A DNA stretch of 60,557 nt, filler included, from Sphacelaria rigidula (Eukaryota): the NCBI GenBank assembly GCA_964200075.2. It is 9 parts of 9 records of this genome, joined end to end, with 100 filler letters (N's around TTAATTAATTAA, not from the genome) between each part and the next. Parts side by side here need not be neighbours in the genome. Positions count along the whole stretch, not along the records: positions 20,221 to 26,860 come from CAXNAA020018897.1; positions 26,961 to 33,600 come from CAXNAA020018898.1; positions 33,701 to 40,340 come from CAXNAA020018899.1; 6 more parts are not named here. One strand, 5' to 3'. The notes under the pieces are model-generated. The model was not told the origin of the DNA, did no database searches, and saw only the letters and a list, made by a program, of their open reading frames with translations. The position numbers were made by a program, and so were the translations under genes. Numbering within the stretch: the first letter of the stretch is position 1; each line of letters starts with the position of its first letter. Shown here piece after piece: positions 26,150 through 39,006 of the stretch.

Positions 26150-26150
26150 T
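26094..26150. repeat. (CTA)n microsatellite
   Basis: Read directly from the sequence. Confidence 0.95.
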
Positions 26151-29100
26151 ACTCAATAATAAAACTAAAAAATAGCCAGCCTCTGCAGCATAGCTACAGA
26201 CGACAGGCCGTGCGCGAAAAGTGCATGCATCCATATACAAAACAAGTTAAAGCGCCATGGAAGCATACTACGGCTCAGCTATCTCGGATCCTACTATTTG
26301 GACAGGAGCTCTCACCCATCAGCCCTACAGAAGCAAGACTCCAAACTGCTACTGTACTGTATGACACTCAGGGGAAAGAAACAGCGAGAGAGGGAGACGG
26401 AAATAGAAAGAGAGGACGCAGAAAAAAAAAGTAAAATGCGGAAGCGATGAAATCCAAGGGCAAGTGAAGGGTGTAGAGGAGCACAATCAGGAGAACCGCT
26501 ACACCACAGCGAGGGGAGATTCAACAACCGTTGCTCGGAAGATAAGTAGGGAATATAAAAACATGAGACGCCCTGTAGCTGGTACTTGATTTCCTCTGGT
26601 GAGGAAACAACAACAACAACAACAAACAACAACAACCAACCAACCAACCTTTGATGTACAGTTTCAAAGTGCGACAATCAATCAATCAATCAATTGCGCG
26701 CTAACATCAAGGTAGAAACGACTCATCATTTCAGAAGTGACTGTTGAACCCAATCGGTTGACCCTAAACAAAGAGCAAACGTTGACAACGAGAACGCAGA
26801 AAAAAAAAAACAGAAGTGACGTACGCGTGGGAAAAAAAACAGTAGAAAAAAAAGTAGAAANNNNNNNNNNNNNNNNNNNNNNNNNNNNNNNNNNNNNNNN
26901 NNNNTTAATTAATTAANNNNNNNNNNNNNNNNNNNNNNNNNNNNNNNNNNNNNNNNNNNNACGCACAACGACAACGATAGCACCGCCTGCCCCGTATCCA
27001 AAGCCGTGCAGCTAGGGTACAGGAGGCGAAAGCTAGCTCAGCGCAAAAAATGGAGACTGCAACGCCGACCCCCGCCACCGCAACGATGCCGCAGGCACGA
27101 CAAGGTTCATAGCAAACGTTGGGGACACCAACCCGTATAAAGAAAGACAAAGCACTGCTTGTGGGGCCGTTGGTGTCCTGGATACCATCTTTCCGCAGCA
27201 CAGTACAGTCCTGTACTGTGGCTGCTGTGGTTGCAGTGGCTGCGGGGACCAGAAGGCCCGTGATCACGAGTGTGACGGAGGCTATACTAAAATCAAGTTT
27301 GCGTTATATAATGCGTTATATAATGTAGAGGGACTGGTAATAATTTAAATTAAATTACTTGAAATTAGTGAATGCGTTATATAATTTGGCCCGTACCCAT
27401 GGGCCCGCCGCCACGCATACGACGGTATGGGATTAATACTATTATTTTTATTATTTCCGCACATTAGTCCGATTTCGCGAACCCGTGGTCACAGACTGGG
27501 ATATTCCGGTAAATACCGGGGGTACGCTCGGTACGGTATCTTATCTGCGGTTCCTGTGGAGTGTTGGAGCGAATATACCAAAGCCCATGTGAACACTACA
27601 TTACAGTCGTATCTGCGGGGAACATATTGGTTAAAACTGAACGTCGGCAGATGGTTAATTCACTGCTGCCAAAGTTAGACTGCACCGTAAATGTCTGTGC
27701 CATGTTCCACGTTTGATCATCGCTAAGATAACTGCTGCATCATGTGTGATCTGCTGTTGTGCCGAAAAAATTGTCGAAACGAACAACAGGAACTTTCGCC
27801 AGAGTACAAGAGTACAAGAGTACAGCAGTATTTCAGCGCAGTCGTGCAGCAGGGGAGGTCATCACCGGCATCTGGACCACAACAGCAGACCAAAAACTCG
27901 AGCAACAGAATCGAGGCTTGACGTTGCCCCTAAACTCGAGCTTCACTTGGCAAGAGTGAATCTCATCCTTGAAAGTGAACTAATGAGAGTGCGTACCGCT
28001 AGCCGCACTTAGCAGAACAGGATTCCACGGGCAGGGGGAGCGTGTGTTGACGGCCGTTACACCAGTTACTGTAAACCCCAAACCACGAGACACAGCTTCA
28101 TGGTTATCCTGTACATGCTCAGTTCAATTGCATATAACAGCAAACGCTCACAATACACCACGCATTTGCAGGTTAGCCATGCACCGCGACTGCTTCGGCC
28201 AGAATCAAACAGACCCAGACGCAGCGGAACCAAAGTCAGGGTACAGAACACTATCCCGTACATGACGGTGTATACCACCCCTGGGTGATGCTCAGATTTT
28301 CTCGAGAATAAGATGCCTTCCACTGCCGAGAGGGTTTTCTCATGGAACAATGCCAACCAATTCTTCCAACGACACGGGGTTATGTGGCGAGGATGCAGGA
28401 TTATCTGAGAAAATGCAAGAATATGAAGTTGGCACCTGCAGGTGTTATACCGCGTCATGTACGGTACTCCGCCACCCTATCGGACTACGCTGCATAAAAA
28501 GTATCCGCCGAAGAGATGCGTTTTGATGTTGTCGTGCGCTGGTAGCAAGGTTATCACGTTGATGAAACGAAGGGTACATGAGGATTCGGCGTCGAACTTA
28601 CCTCATCTTGGCGTAGAGCTCCACCCACGCACAGCACAACAGAGGCAGGCACTGAGCCTCTCAAGGATGGTCTGAGTGTCCTGCCATGAACCATTTTTTT
28701 TCGTTCTTCTTTCGTTTTCGTATTCGCACTGCTTACCAGACCCACGGTCGCAAGATAGACGACATGGCAGGCACAGTTGGGACAGACAGCACTGACTACA
28801 CAACCCTAAATGTTTCAGTTCAACCGTTCAGATAAAACTGGTAAATCGAGTTGTCATTCTGGTGTTCTAGTAACAGACGATACCCGATGTTACAATCTAC
28901 GGTTTTATGAATAGAATCTCACAGTAGGACACACTATCATCGATCAACGATCCACCCTCTGCTGGTGGAAACTGGAGAGTGCACCCGCGGCCGTCGCGTG
29001 GCGGTTTGTATTGACGGTAGCACATCAGTGTTCAGTTTTCCGCAACATCGTGGGTGGGTAAAAATGAACACATTTGACCCTCCTTTGATCACTCACGTGA

Positions 29101-29324
29101 GTGTGGTCAATCTTCATCTTGAATCATCAGCAGCAGGAGGACCCTTTTTTTGTTGAATCGGCACTAATCATTCCACTCCAATGGAGGAACTACCGTAGAG
29201 ATCTTCTGCCAACGCTCGAAGGGTCATGTGCAAGACGTGCATATAAATACCAGTGCAACCGTACAGAGCAACATCTTTTGGTTGTGTTTTAGATCGCACT
29301 GGTTCGGGTTGATATACTCGTACT

Positions 29325-29686
29325 GTGATGATGTGTGTTTTGTCCCATTTATTCTGGGCGCAAGTCTACACCTTTCGGTATATGTGGGCGCATCAGCCGG
29401 GGTCGCCCAGGAGGAAGGTCAACACAGGAGGTTTTTTTTCTCCGTTGTTTTTTTGTACCCCACCTTCCTCCTGCGGTGCTCACCCTTCATTTTTATCGCG
29501 AGAGGGGTTCAGCAGTCCCCTTCCCTCGTCGACCGTCAAGTCGAGTTTTGTGTACCCACGACATAGTCGCTTTCCACTGTTGGGCATGGTGTAAGAAAAA
29601 ATTCCAGAACGCTCCGAGAATCGAACCCCGCTACTCAACCACCAGAAGGTTACGACGTTACCGACTGAGCCACCGGGGCGACCGGA
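29325..29686 (-). mobile_element. tRNA-derived SINE, near full length
   Basis: Minus-strand head ccggtcgccccggTGGCTCAGTCGG...GGTTCGATTCtcgg (A and B boxes). Body shared with 13481-13656 and 52870-53245; CA-rich tail. Confidence 0.8.
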
Positions 29687-32600
29687 TGGGTCGATGCTAC
29701 AAAAAAACGACCCGCACTACTCGTATTGCGTCTCCTTCTATTTCACGCTCAGACCGATAGGATGCCATTTGTTACCGTGTGGTGTACGCAGAGTACTACG
29801 GTACACGTAGCCGCCCCACAGACCACAAATAGACGCGATGCCCGCATCATACCGGTTCAGCAGATAGCTGGCGACCTTTCCTTGCGGTGAAAAAGTAATG
29901 ACTGAATAAAAATGTCAACCTACCTATACCCCCGTGTGGCCAATGAACATGACATATGATGGGCTGCCATCAAATGTGAGACCGGGAATTGAGTGTTTCG
30001 CAAGACGTTTCTTCATTCGTGAAAGATGGCAAAACTTGAAAAACACAACGACTTGGTTGCACGGGACCAACGTACGTAACCGTCTGTCCAACTGATTCCC
30101 GTGAGTTGCCAGGAATATCAACCTGCAAGAGGGGGACCGTAGAGAGCACGCCCAAATTCCGATGTTACGACCTGACGAAGGCATCAATCGCTACACCGAA
30201 GCATCACACCATGTGAAGTATAGTTCACGCATTACCGACAGCAAGGGGTTCGAGGGTCCTTGTTATGAACCCTCGACAACTGTAGACGCCCGTGGCGTTC
30301 CTTGCTTTTTACCAACCGTATCCCCCCGCCGCCCCTGTTCGCCTACGAACAAGAGCTCAACTACGAATACAATCACAATCAATGGATAGGATCTATCGCC
30401 ACGAAGTACAGCACATGAGGGCATTAGGAAAGTCCAACACAAAATCTGTTATAGCCCGATAATACATTTGAAAAATATATATTGATACTACTTGGACAAC
30501 CCAAAATTGCACACGTCGTACAGCTCATGAGCTACCTAAATATCCCGCCTTATTTGTGCACTGATCTGGATCATGACCTAGCTCATTTGCCCTTCTCTTC
30601 CATATTTCCTCCCCACAGTCCTGGACGCCGAGCACGCTGGGCGGTGCAAAAGGTAGCGCTTCGGCTTCTCCGCCCCTGTTGCCACGTACTTCGAGTATTT
30701 GGACGAGGGAAAGTCCTCTTTGATGAGTTACCTCAGGTGCTCATGAGCTGTCCGGCGTACGCAAAATTGTGGACAGCCGCTCGACGCCCGAGTAACATAC
30801 GGCCTCCGAGGTGCGCACAGCACAATCGCCCGGTAAGTAGAGCCACATTCGAGCAAACGTCGCGGTGTGTTTCAAGCGCAACTACTGGTCCACCAGCCTC
30901 CACACCCACCCCTCCGCTACCCAGAAAACGAACAGAACGAGGGTGAAGACAAACGCCAAAATGTGCCGCTCTACACAGCATCGCACTTGCCGTACCATCA
31001 ACGCGAGACGACGTGAAACACAACAAAAACGATTCCACTGCCTCACATTATTCGATTCATATGCCGCTGGTGCAATGCTGCTCCTTTGAAATAAACAGGC
31101 TTCCAAGCGCATAATACTCATCAAAATACTCTAGCAATCATATCAGTACAAGAAATCCCCAAACCGGATGAAACACAAAGAAACCTTCCCCTTATTTGGT
31201 GTGTTGAACCATCGTGGTGGCGGGAAACCGCTATTGCCGCGTTGTTATGCGACCGCACGACACACAGCAAAATCTCTATTTCCTCCACCGTCCTCATCCC
31301 GTTTTCCACCTCGCCACCAATCACCTTTTGCCGCTAAGTTATGTCTATTTTTCGGCGAGTAGATGCGTTCTATCACACCTCGCGACTGAAAACATCTGAC
31401 GACCAGTGACAGCCATGGACACCACGTCGCAGGCGTCCATACTGAAAAATAACACTCTGGCAGGGTCCATATTGGAAAATGTCACTATTGGGGGAGATCG
31501 ACGGTTGAGGCACGAATACGCATCATCTTTTCGGAGCGCCGGAAAGGTTTGCCGTCTCAAACCCGTGCACGGATCCACAACCAGTATGTAAAATGCGAAA
31601 GACAAGTAAGCCATAAAAACACCGCACATATCTTCACGTCGAAATAATCATTATTGCATGCTTGTTATCCGCTCACCCCCCATCCGACAAGCAACTATAT
31701 GAACATGTCTGATACGGCAATCAGGAAAGATGCGATGAACGAACGAAAGTTACTCCGTCTATATCTTCAGTGATTCTCCCCAAAGCCATTTGGGCGATTG
31801 TTCAACACTTGCAAAATTCATGTAAAAAAATACAAGACAAACGTAAGGACCCACAGAAGCAAGGAAAACCCCGCACAAAATTAAACACATTTAGCTCAGC
31901 TCAGCTCAACCCCAGCACGGCGGAAGCCAATGACGAAATCACAAAAAAAAAAAGTTGAAAACAAAAATCAGCACACACTCAAACGCAACGGGAATGACAC
32001 AACGAAACGATACAACCGCAAACCACTACCATGGAAGCCATCACATCGCCATCGCCGATGTATCTCACACACCAACACGCTGCAGCAATCAAATCGCAAC
32101 AATCCCCGAGTTGAAGCTCTGGAACAAGAGCATCAATGCAATTCTCGATGCCCTCATTGTTCAGACGAAGACGCAGCAGCAGCCCGCGTACGTCGCAGTC
32201 TATCCACTACCCTGGGCAGACCCGCCCTCCTTTTGTTGTCGTTGCCACCGCTCCTGTTGGAGTCGTCGACATTTGTCGTTGAGCGCGGCGTGGGGGCACC
32301 CTGATTGGAGCGCGACACCGATGATGCATTGTTGCTGTTGTTGTCGTTATACTTGCCTGCATCTTCCCCACTATCCGACGAATCGTGAAGAAGACTCTCC
32401 GGCAACGGCACCCTGAGGTGAAATCAATCGTTCAAAACAAACAAACACAGAAACCGTACGTAAGCAATGGTGGTGGAAAAAAACAACCTGGCTGCTATTC
32501 CCGTGAGGTGAAACCAGATCCAGTATAGATGCACACGAGAAAACAATTACATTAGCGGTGACAGCAAACGTTCATGGTCCCGACCGACCAGCGTTTCTGG

Positions 32601-32702
32601 GCAGAAGAGCATGAAAAGATGTGAAAACGCCTGCAACGAGGCCATCCCGTTCGATAGCCTCAAAATAAGTGCATGGAGTGACGGGCGATTGACGCTTCTT
32701 CT

Positions 32703-32851
32703 GATTATATCATTACTATCATTACTATCATTACTATCATTATTATCATTATCATTATCATGATCATGATTATTATTATTATTATTATTATTATCATTAT
32801 TATTATTATTATTATCATCATTATTATTATTTTTATCATTATTATATTCAT
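32703..32851. repeat. (ATT/ATC)n microsatellite
   Basis: Read directly from the sequence. Confidence 0.95.
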
Positions 32852-33386
32852 CACATTAGCTCGATCTCTCGAACCCGTGGTCACAGAGTGCAAGGAGCAT
32901 ACCACCAATATACCCACAACCGAAACAGCCCGCGGAAGAAGGCAACAAAAACATCAACACGAAAAAAGGGCACCCACACTGCGAGTACGAAAGATTCGTA
33001 TGAGACCGATTGAACTACAGGAGACCTACTTGTGCTGGAATCAGTCCCCGCGTGTGACCTCTCCGACTACTTTGCCACGTACTGGTGTATACACAAAGTA
33101 GTAACAGCGAGTGAGCCGATAATCGAAACTGTCGCATAGAACAGAGACCAATCACAAAATAGATCTACTGTCTGGAGTGCTGTTCAAAGAGATGCTCTAC
33201 AGAACCTGCGCATCGGAGACTGAAAAACGCTAGATAGGAAGATCCAAAAAAGACAAGAACAAAGAGGACAACCTAACGGTAACGAGGAGGAAAAACAAGG
33301 AACCATGACCACCCTCGGGTTCGGGTCAAGTAGCATCGTCATGGAAGCACAACAGACAGGGCATATCTAGCCTACACACGGCATAC

Positions 33387-33464
33387 CGCTATCAGCAAAA
33401 GCAGAATCTGCTCAGAGTGTCCTATCGCTATCAGCAAAAGCAGAATCTGCTCAGAGTGTCCTAT
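33387..33464. repeat. Perfect 39-bp tandem duplication
   Basis: cgctatcagcaaaagcagaatctgctcagagtgtcctat x2. Confidence 0.9.
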
Positions 33465-33930
33465 AATCAACCATAAAAATAGGGATATGCCATCTGTACG
33501 TCGCATCCACAACGAACAACCAGAAACCCAACAGACGAAAATATTGCGCCCTCAACGAAAATTAGCCGCCTGCTATGCTCTTCTCCGCTGCAAGGTCCTC
33601 NNNNNNNNNNNNNNNNNNNNNNNNNNNNNNNNNNNNNNNNNNNNTTAATTAATTAANNNNNNNNNNNNNNNNNNNNNNNNNNNNNNNNNNNNNNNNNNNN
33701 GTGCTCCGTCCCGGCTTTGTAGGGATGCGAGATCAATGGTCTGATGACTATGGTATGCATCATCATGAGGACTCATGAGTATATTCATGAGTACTTTCCC
33801 CCCTCCCCCCTCCCCCCTTTCCGCATTTCCTTTTGAAGAATACTACAGCTCTACTTCATCCCATTTCCTCTTGATTCATTTTCTGGCCCACTAATCTGAC
33901 TGATTTGACTGATTGTCGCACTTTAACTGA

Positions 33931-34048
33931 CGGAATAGCACCAGGGATTCCCACGTGGTTCCCCACCGTGGTGCTGGCCTGGCGCGACGCCTCTTAACGT
34001 CACAGAGCGGACGGGATGCGGTGCTATCGACGTGGTATGTCCGTAACT
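33931..34048 (-). pseudogene. 5S rRNA-derived sequence (~118 nt), retrocopy or SINE3 head
   Basis: Minus strand reads ...tacggacataccacgtcgatagcaccgcatcccgtccgctctgtgacgttaagaggcgtcgcgccaggccagcaccacggtggggaaccacgtgggaatccctggtgctattccg. It shows eukaryotic 5S hallmarks (CATACC, GCACCG.ATCCCGTCCG, GTTAAG, GGGA.CCAC.TGGGAA). There is no oligo-T terminator; the dispersed repeat tail follows directly. Confidence 0.85.
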
Positions 34049-34231
34049 GACACTACATACTGGTATGCCTCCAACACGGGCTCGTAGCCTGGAACTAAGT
34101 TCAACATCTTTTACACAGGCGGATGGGAGGGCGAGGGAGGCATTTTTTCATCGACGTGGCCGCAAGTGGTTGAAAGGAAAGAGCTAACCTGCTTTCATCA
34201 ATCATTAGAACAAATATGCAGTTACACATAC

Positions 34232-34303
34232 CTGGAGATTAGTAAGCCAAAGCGGAAGCGAACGCATGGATGGGTACGCGAGTTTCTCCCACGCCGGAGG
34301 CAC
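34232..34303 (-). CDS. Axonemal dynein heavy chain, exon 7 of 7 seen (VPPAWEKLAYPSMRSLPLWLTNLQ)
   Basis: tag|gtg...cag|gt, 72 nt, phase 0; matches the DHC C-terminal VPxxWxxxAYPS motif. Confidence 0.92.
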
Positions 34304-35642
34304 CTATTTTGTTGCAGCATCACCAGAGTGGCTTTTGAGTGAATGAGAATTCAGCCCAGGCGTCTTCTACACATTAGCTATCCGGTATTATTACGGAGTG
34401 TACATCCCACCCAAAGCGTATGGCTTCACTTAGCTGTACAAACAGCCAATCTGCGTGTGCTTTTATGATATACAGAGAGTGATCACGTCTCACCGAACAA
34501 ACGTCCTCTATATCTGTAAACCAACGTAGTGGTCTCATTAACGGAGATTTTTTTCAGTGTTTCTCCTACGAAACATATAATTATTCTCCCGACTTCTCAA
34601 GTGTACATAAAACATTGTTTTTCTACACATGCATACCCAGTCCCTTATTTTGGACCCCTCAGGGGGAGGAGGAGGGCGCCAGACCACCACCCCCCCGAAA
34701 AAAAACAAAAAAAGAGAAAAAAAAAACGTCATACTCGTAAAAATCTCCCGTATAAACTGACCCGCAAAAGGGGGCGGCGCCAGAGGGGGGTAGCATATGA
34801 TCCACGTGCCCCCTCTGATACGCAGCTGTAGAAGCAACAATGAAACGGAGATACAGAAACGAAAATTAAAAAGGCATAACTAACATCAAACAATAATAAC
34901 GAGACTGAATAAATTGTAAACGATAATAAGCAACAAAAAAATGGTCAGTGTGTGTTGTGGTGGATATTGTCGTTTGTCGGAAGACTATTCGCACTACCTC
35001 TGTCATTGGAGCATCACGAGCCCCTTCCGTTATTACCGGTTTGCACAAGCCTCGACGTACGTCTTTTGTTTTGCGAATTTCGTCCAAGGCTGTCTGAAGG
35101 GTGGTTTGTTTCCGATCACGGGTGCTGAATAAAGTCCAGCCAAACAAAAAGCAGCATGTAACGGTTTCAAACAAGTAGATAATTTAGCTAATGTTTGGGG
35201 GATAACGCGCAGTAAACTCCCGGATTCACAGGGGGAAGGCAACGAAGAAGCAAAATGTAAACCGAATCAAACGACTTCTGCCCATCGAAGAGGGGAGTGG
35301 CGGGGTAGATGGGTGTGCGGGATACCTTTTTCCGTGCACCCTCGGACTTCTCCCACTAGGGTTTGGAGGAGTATATAGTCAGTCTTGAAATTGATCTAGT
35401 ACCCGGTGTGGTCAAGAAGTCTGAAATTTTCTCCCACATTTTCCGCAGAATTGTTTTTTTGCCCCCAAAAATTCGGAGATCCCGGAAAAAAATCCTAGAA
35501 CCGTTAATGATGCCCCTTAGCGTGATGACCCTCTTGTCTTTTATGTTATTTCTTTCCTTCACCACTCTTTATCTGTGTCTTTTGTCAGCAGATCTGGAGG
35601 GTTTGTGTTTACCTCACCCCGATGAACTCGGGGGACGCGTAC

Positions 35643-35702
35643 CTTATCGGTGGATACAGCAAGCTGCAGCTCTTCCAGCTGCTCCGTCATGGTCAGGTCG
35701 CC
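35643..35702 (-). CDS. Axonemal dynein heavy chain, exon 6 (GDLTMTEQLEELQLAVSTDK)
   Basis: cag|ggc...aag|gt, 60 nt; colinear with neighbouring exons. Confidence 0.9.
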
Positions 35703-36201
35703 CTGCAAGCACCGACGTTCAGAGGCAGAAACGAACCACAGCGAGGTTTCGAAACATTTCACACTGGTAGGCCTGTTGCCTACTATTACAATTCGACGCG
35801 CAGCTACTGCTTCTGGTAGTCCTCATGTACGAGGCGTGAGCGGTCATAATCCACGCGGCTGCTGGATTTCAGACGGCTATGAGCAGTTTTGTCGCGCACG
35901 ACACGGATACCTCTCAACCCTGTTGGACCCCGGGCTTAGAACTATCAAACAGTTCTTTCGGGATCCCGATTTGTTGATGCATACTGTTGTGGATTGTTGA
36001 TGATATAGTAGGCACGGCGTCCATGTGGGTTCAGGCTATTGGAAAATTTTCGATGCCGAAAAAAAACATGAAAGGGCCTCACACACGACGGACAAGCTTC
36101 AGCACGATCTGGCCAGTACCTTGACGGCTGCTGGTTCTGGCTTCTCGAAGGGTCGGCTGCACGTTTCGAAACAGTTTGTGCTACACAGTCCCAGCCGTTA
36201 C

Positions 36202-36273
36202 CTTGAATGCGAGGCACAAGTCCGTCAACGTTCTGACGACTTCTCCCACCAGAAGGTTCATCCGTTCACATTC
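36202..36273 (-). CDS. Axonemal dynein heavy chain, exon 5 (ECERMNLLVGEVVRTLTDLCLAFK)
   Basis: cag|gaa...aag|gt, 72 nt; the QECERMN motif spans the junction. Confidence 0.92.
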
Positions 36274-36662
36274 CTGTCAGCACACATCACCACCGTCGGC
36301 GGCATCAACGTCATTATTCACCCGGCAGTATCATGGTACAAAAATGACAGCGACAATTTTAGACGGACCAGGAGCTTCGTCAGCTTACTCATGCAAAAGT
36401 TAAATCATTCCGAGGAAAAGTACTATGCGTTCTGTAGATATCAACGGGGCGCACAGCGTCAGCAAACGACTGGAACTCAAGCACGTCGATGCTTGGGGCT
36501 TTCAACCACTGCGCACAAGGCTAGCATTGGAACATCAGCTACGAATCAGACATCCTCCGCAACCCAGTACAGAGATTTTGCGAGTCATTGAGAAACTCTG
36601 ATACCAACGTTCTAAAATGAACTTGGTACTGCTATTATGTTTCCTGGTGGCGATTCTAGTAC

Positions 36663-36749
36663 CTGCATCAAAATATTCTCGTAGGGCCCTAGATCGTTGT
36701 CGCAAGCCACAGCCAACGCTTCCAAATCAAATCTCGCGTCACGAACCGC
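36663..36749 (-). CDS. Axonemal dynein heavy chain, exon 4 (AVRDARFDLEALAVACDNDLGPYENILMQ)
   Basis: cag|gcg...cag|gt, 87 nt, phase 0. Confidence 0.88.
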
Positions 36750-37811
36750 CTGAAGAATTGCGAGAGCGAAATTGGTCAGGGTCGTAGATGCGAATCATGA
36801 GGCACAGTTGTGTAGACCCTCAACAGACATCCTATTTCCCAAGGCGCCTGGACGTGGCTGGGACCAGCAGCGCACCTTTATCGCTGGGTTAATCTTGTGT
36901 GTGTATATCACATCGCAGGAGGGAACCATACGGTACTCTCATGCCCCGCATGCAAGTGGTCTACAGCCGCAATGTTACAGTCACTGTGACTGGTGCGCGG
37001 CGCTTATCTATGGCAGCATTTTCATACGTCGTAACATCCAAGTATCGGTTGTATCTGTAAGCTGCGTTGGCTGGCTGGTGGTACGCTGGTTTCCCAGTCG
37101 TCCTCGAATGGACTTCTAAATCTCTCACAGGTAGTGGCGACCCGAAATTTCACAAAGAAACCTGCATACACGCACGGTTTTTAGAAAGTCCAGTCTACCC
37201 CCCTCATTGTCGAAGGGATGCGTGGTCACTGGCCAAATGACTAAAGCCAGCGACGAATGAGTACCTCCCCACCCCCCTTCCCCCATCGCGGCGAAAAAAT
37301 TGAAACTGCGATTTCTGGCGGGGAACCTGGACCTGCCAGAAAGAAGAAAGAGATGTACCAGTAATCGAGAGGAGGAGGAAGTAGATTTGCCCCTGTGGCA
37401 AAGCAATAGAGAGTAGAGGTCATACAGTGGCAGAGTGTGAACTATACAAGGAGGGACGGGACGTGCTAGAGGAGGGAAATGCGGGACGTAAACGAAGGTG
37501 GCATGAAACCGTTTGATGTATTAGACAGTAACGAGAACACGATGGCTATACTAGGAGATAGATGGTGGCCACAGACGGCGAAACAGGACGGGGATAAGAT
37601 ATGTAAAGGTGTGTAAGTGATGTATGGAAGAAACGTAACGAGCACCGGATTGTTGAAGGTGTCTCTATAGGAGTAGGAAGGGTGCTCCGTCTCGAAAGGG
37701 ATGCGTCGTCAATGGTCAAACGACTAAGGCAAGCAACAAATGAGGAGCCCCGCCCCCCCTCCTTCCCTCCCCTCCCCCGGCACATCGTTATGAGTAGTGA
37801 TATCAGCCTAC

Positions 37812-37934
37812 CTCCAAAACGTCCTGACTGGTCTGCTCGGCGTAGTTCACGCCTCCGTTGACGGCTCCGTGGCCGGTCGATCGATCTCGCGGGAATAGCT
37901 CCAATATCGCGGCTAGTAGTTGCTCGGACGTTTC
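37812..37934 (-). CDS. Axonemal dynein heavy chain, exon 3 (ETSEQLLAAILELFPRD...QDVLE)
   Basis: tag|gaa...gag|gt, 123 nt, phase 0. Confidence 0.88.
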
Positions 37935-38546
37935 CTACGCAGGTGGAAGACATACCATTATTGAAGAGATGACCGGGTGTTGCTAGCTGTACAATACTAA
38001 AATGGTATGCATAAGGCGTCTACTGTGCGGCCACGCCCCGGGTAAAACAGCGAAACGATTGAGCAATGCTTTCAACAGTGCTCGGCGCGTCGCTCTCGCG
38101 GGAATCCACTATTTGGTGCAGTCGGGGATTGTGGTGACGTCTCCTGCGTTGAGTATGTGGTCGAATCAAATCAAAAAGGGGATGGAATTGTGCGACGACT
38201 ACGTGCAATGTGTGCCCAGCTCAAGGTTTGTGATAAACATGCCCCTATACATGGGCTGCCTTGGTCTAGAATAAGCACTTCATGTCATCTTTACTACTTG
38301 TAACAGGGAGAAATCACATTCTTCCATTGAACGTATGTAGTGCAGGAAAATAGGTTCGAGTATATACGGGCTTGTCTAGGACTTGTTCTGGTGAAATCAT
38401 GCTACAAGCGCCTGTCTCATTCATGTAAGGGTCATCTGCTCCACTTGTTGTCGCTTTTCTTCTCCCCGTTGTACCCTTGATGACTTGCGACGGTGCTATA
38501 ATAGAAACGTCGCAAAATGGACACGCGAACCAAGGTAGACTCTCAC

Positions 38547-38633
38547 CGTGCGGAAACCAATTTCTGCGTTAGGATGAAGTCCAAACGCCACCGGAGAGTT
38601 TCCGCACAGCGTGGCGTCAATATGGTCTAGGAC
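38547..38633 (-). CDS. Axonemal dynein heavy chain, exon 2 (VLDHIDATLCGNSPVAFGLHPNAEIGFRT)
   Basis: cag|gtc...acg|gtgaga, 87 nt; contains the diagnostic FGLHPNAEI motif of the DHC AAA6-lid/C-terminal region. Confidence 0.95.
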
Positions 38634-38749
38634 CTGCAAGGCAATAGGAGACACGATCATTCGAAGTAACCGCGATCGCTTACATATCTGCCCTCCAACA
38701 GGATATTCCACTTGGTTGGACGTGCTGTATGTAGCCGACCGGTCAAAGA

Positions 38750-39006
38750 GAGTGATGCTACGGTAGGGGTGCACAGATATCTTCTGAGGTTATAATTTTC
38801 AAGAGCCCTTTATCTCATCTAAGAGACGTGTTATGAAAATATGAGAGAGTACGCCAGGATTACCATTTCAATATGCTGGGGATATCTCGAATGAATTTGC
38901 AAACGGGGAGGCTCTGCCCAATATTCTTGTGCATCTAGAATCGTTAGGAGCCCCTGAACCAGACAAGACTTTGCGCAAACAATGCACCCCTACCGTAGCA
39001 TTGCTC
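38750..39006. mobile_element. MITE with GAG...CTC termini (family A, copy 2), in a dynein intron
   Basis: 24-bp TIR gagtgatgctacggtaggggtgca / tgcacccctaccgtagcattgctc; flanks aaga/acga. Confidence 0.85.

Noticed and set aside
29605..29686. tRNA gene (also tRNA-like bits at ~25240-25320 and ~53170-53245)
   Set aside because: A/B boxes are present but there is no clean cloverleaf; at 29605 and 53170 they are attached to a repeated SINE body.
29940..30215. Possible Penelope-like endonuclease tail (RERWQNLKNTTTWLHGTNVR) followed by a CTGACGA...GAAG hammerhead-like motif
   Set aside because: The similarity is faint, the core and stems are broken, and no RT or GIY-YIG motif is visible.
28600..32415. 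Isolated exon-like segments in contig 5 (28602-28680 -, 30619-30832 +, 31406-31546 +, 32154-32413 -)
   Set aside because: They have splice-like ends but lie on mixed strands, some contain stops, and no protein is recognisable.
32705..33101. Poly-Ile, poly-Val and (CV)n/(HT)n ORFs here and at 25911, 46933, 49469 and 13429
   Set aside because: They are microsatellite translations.
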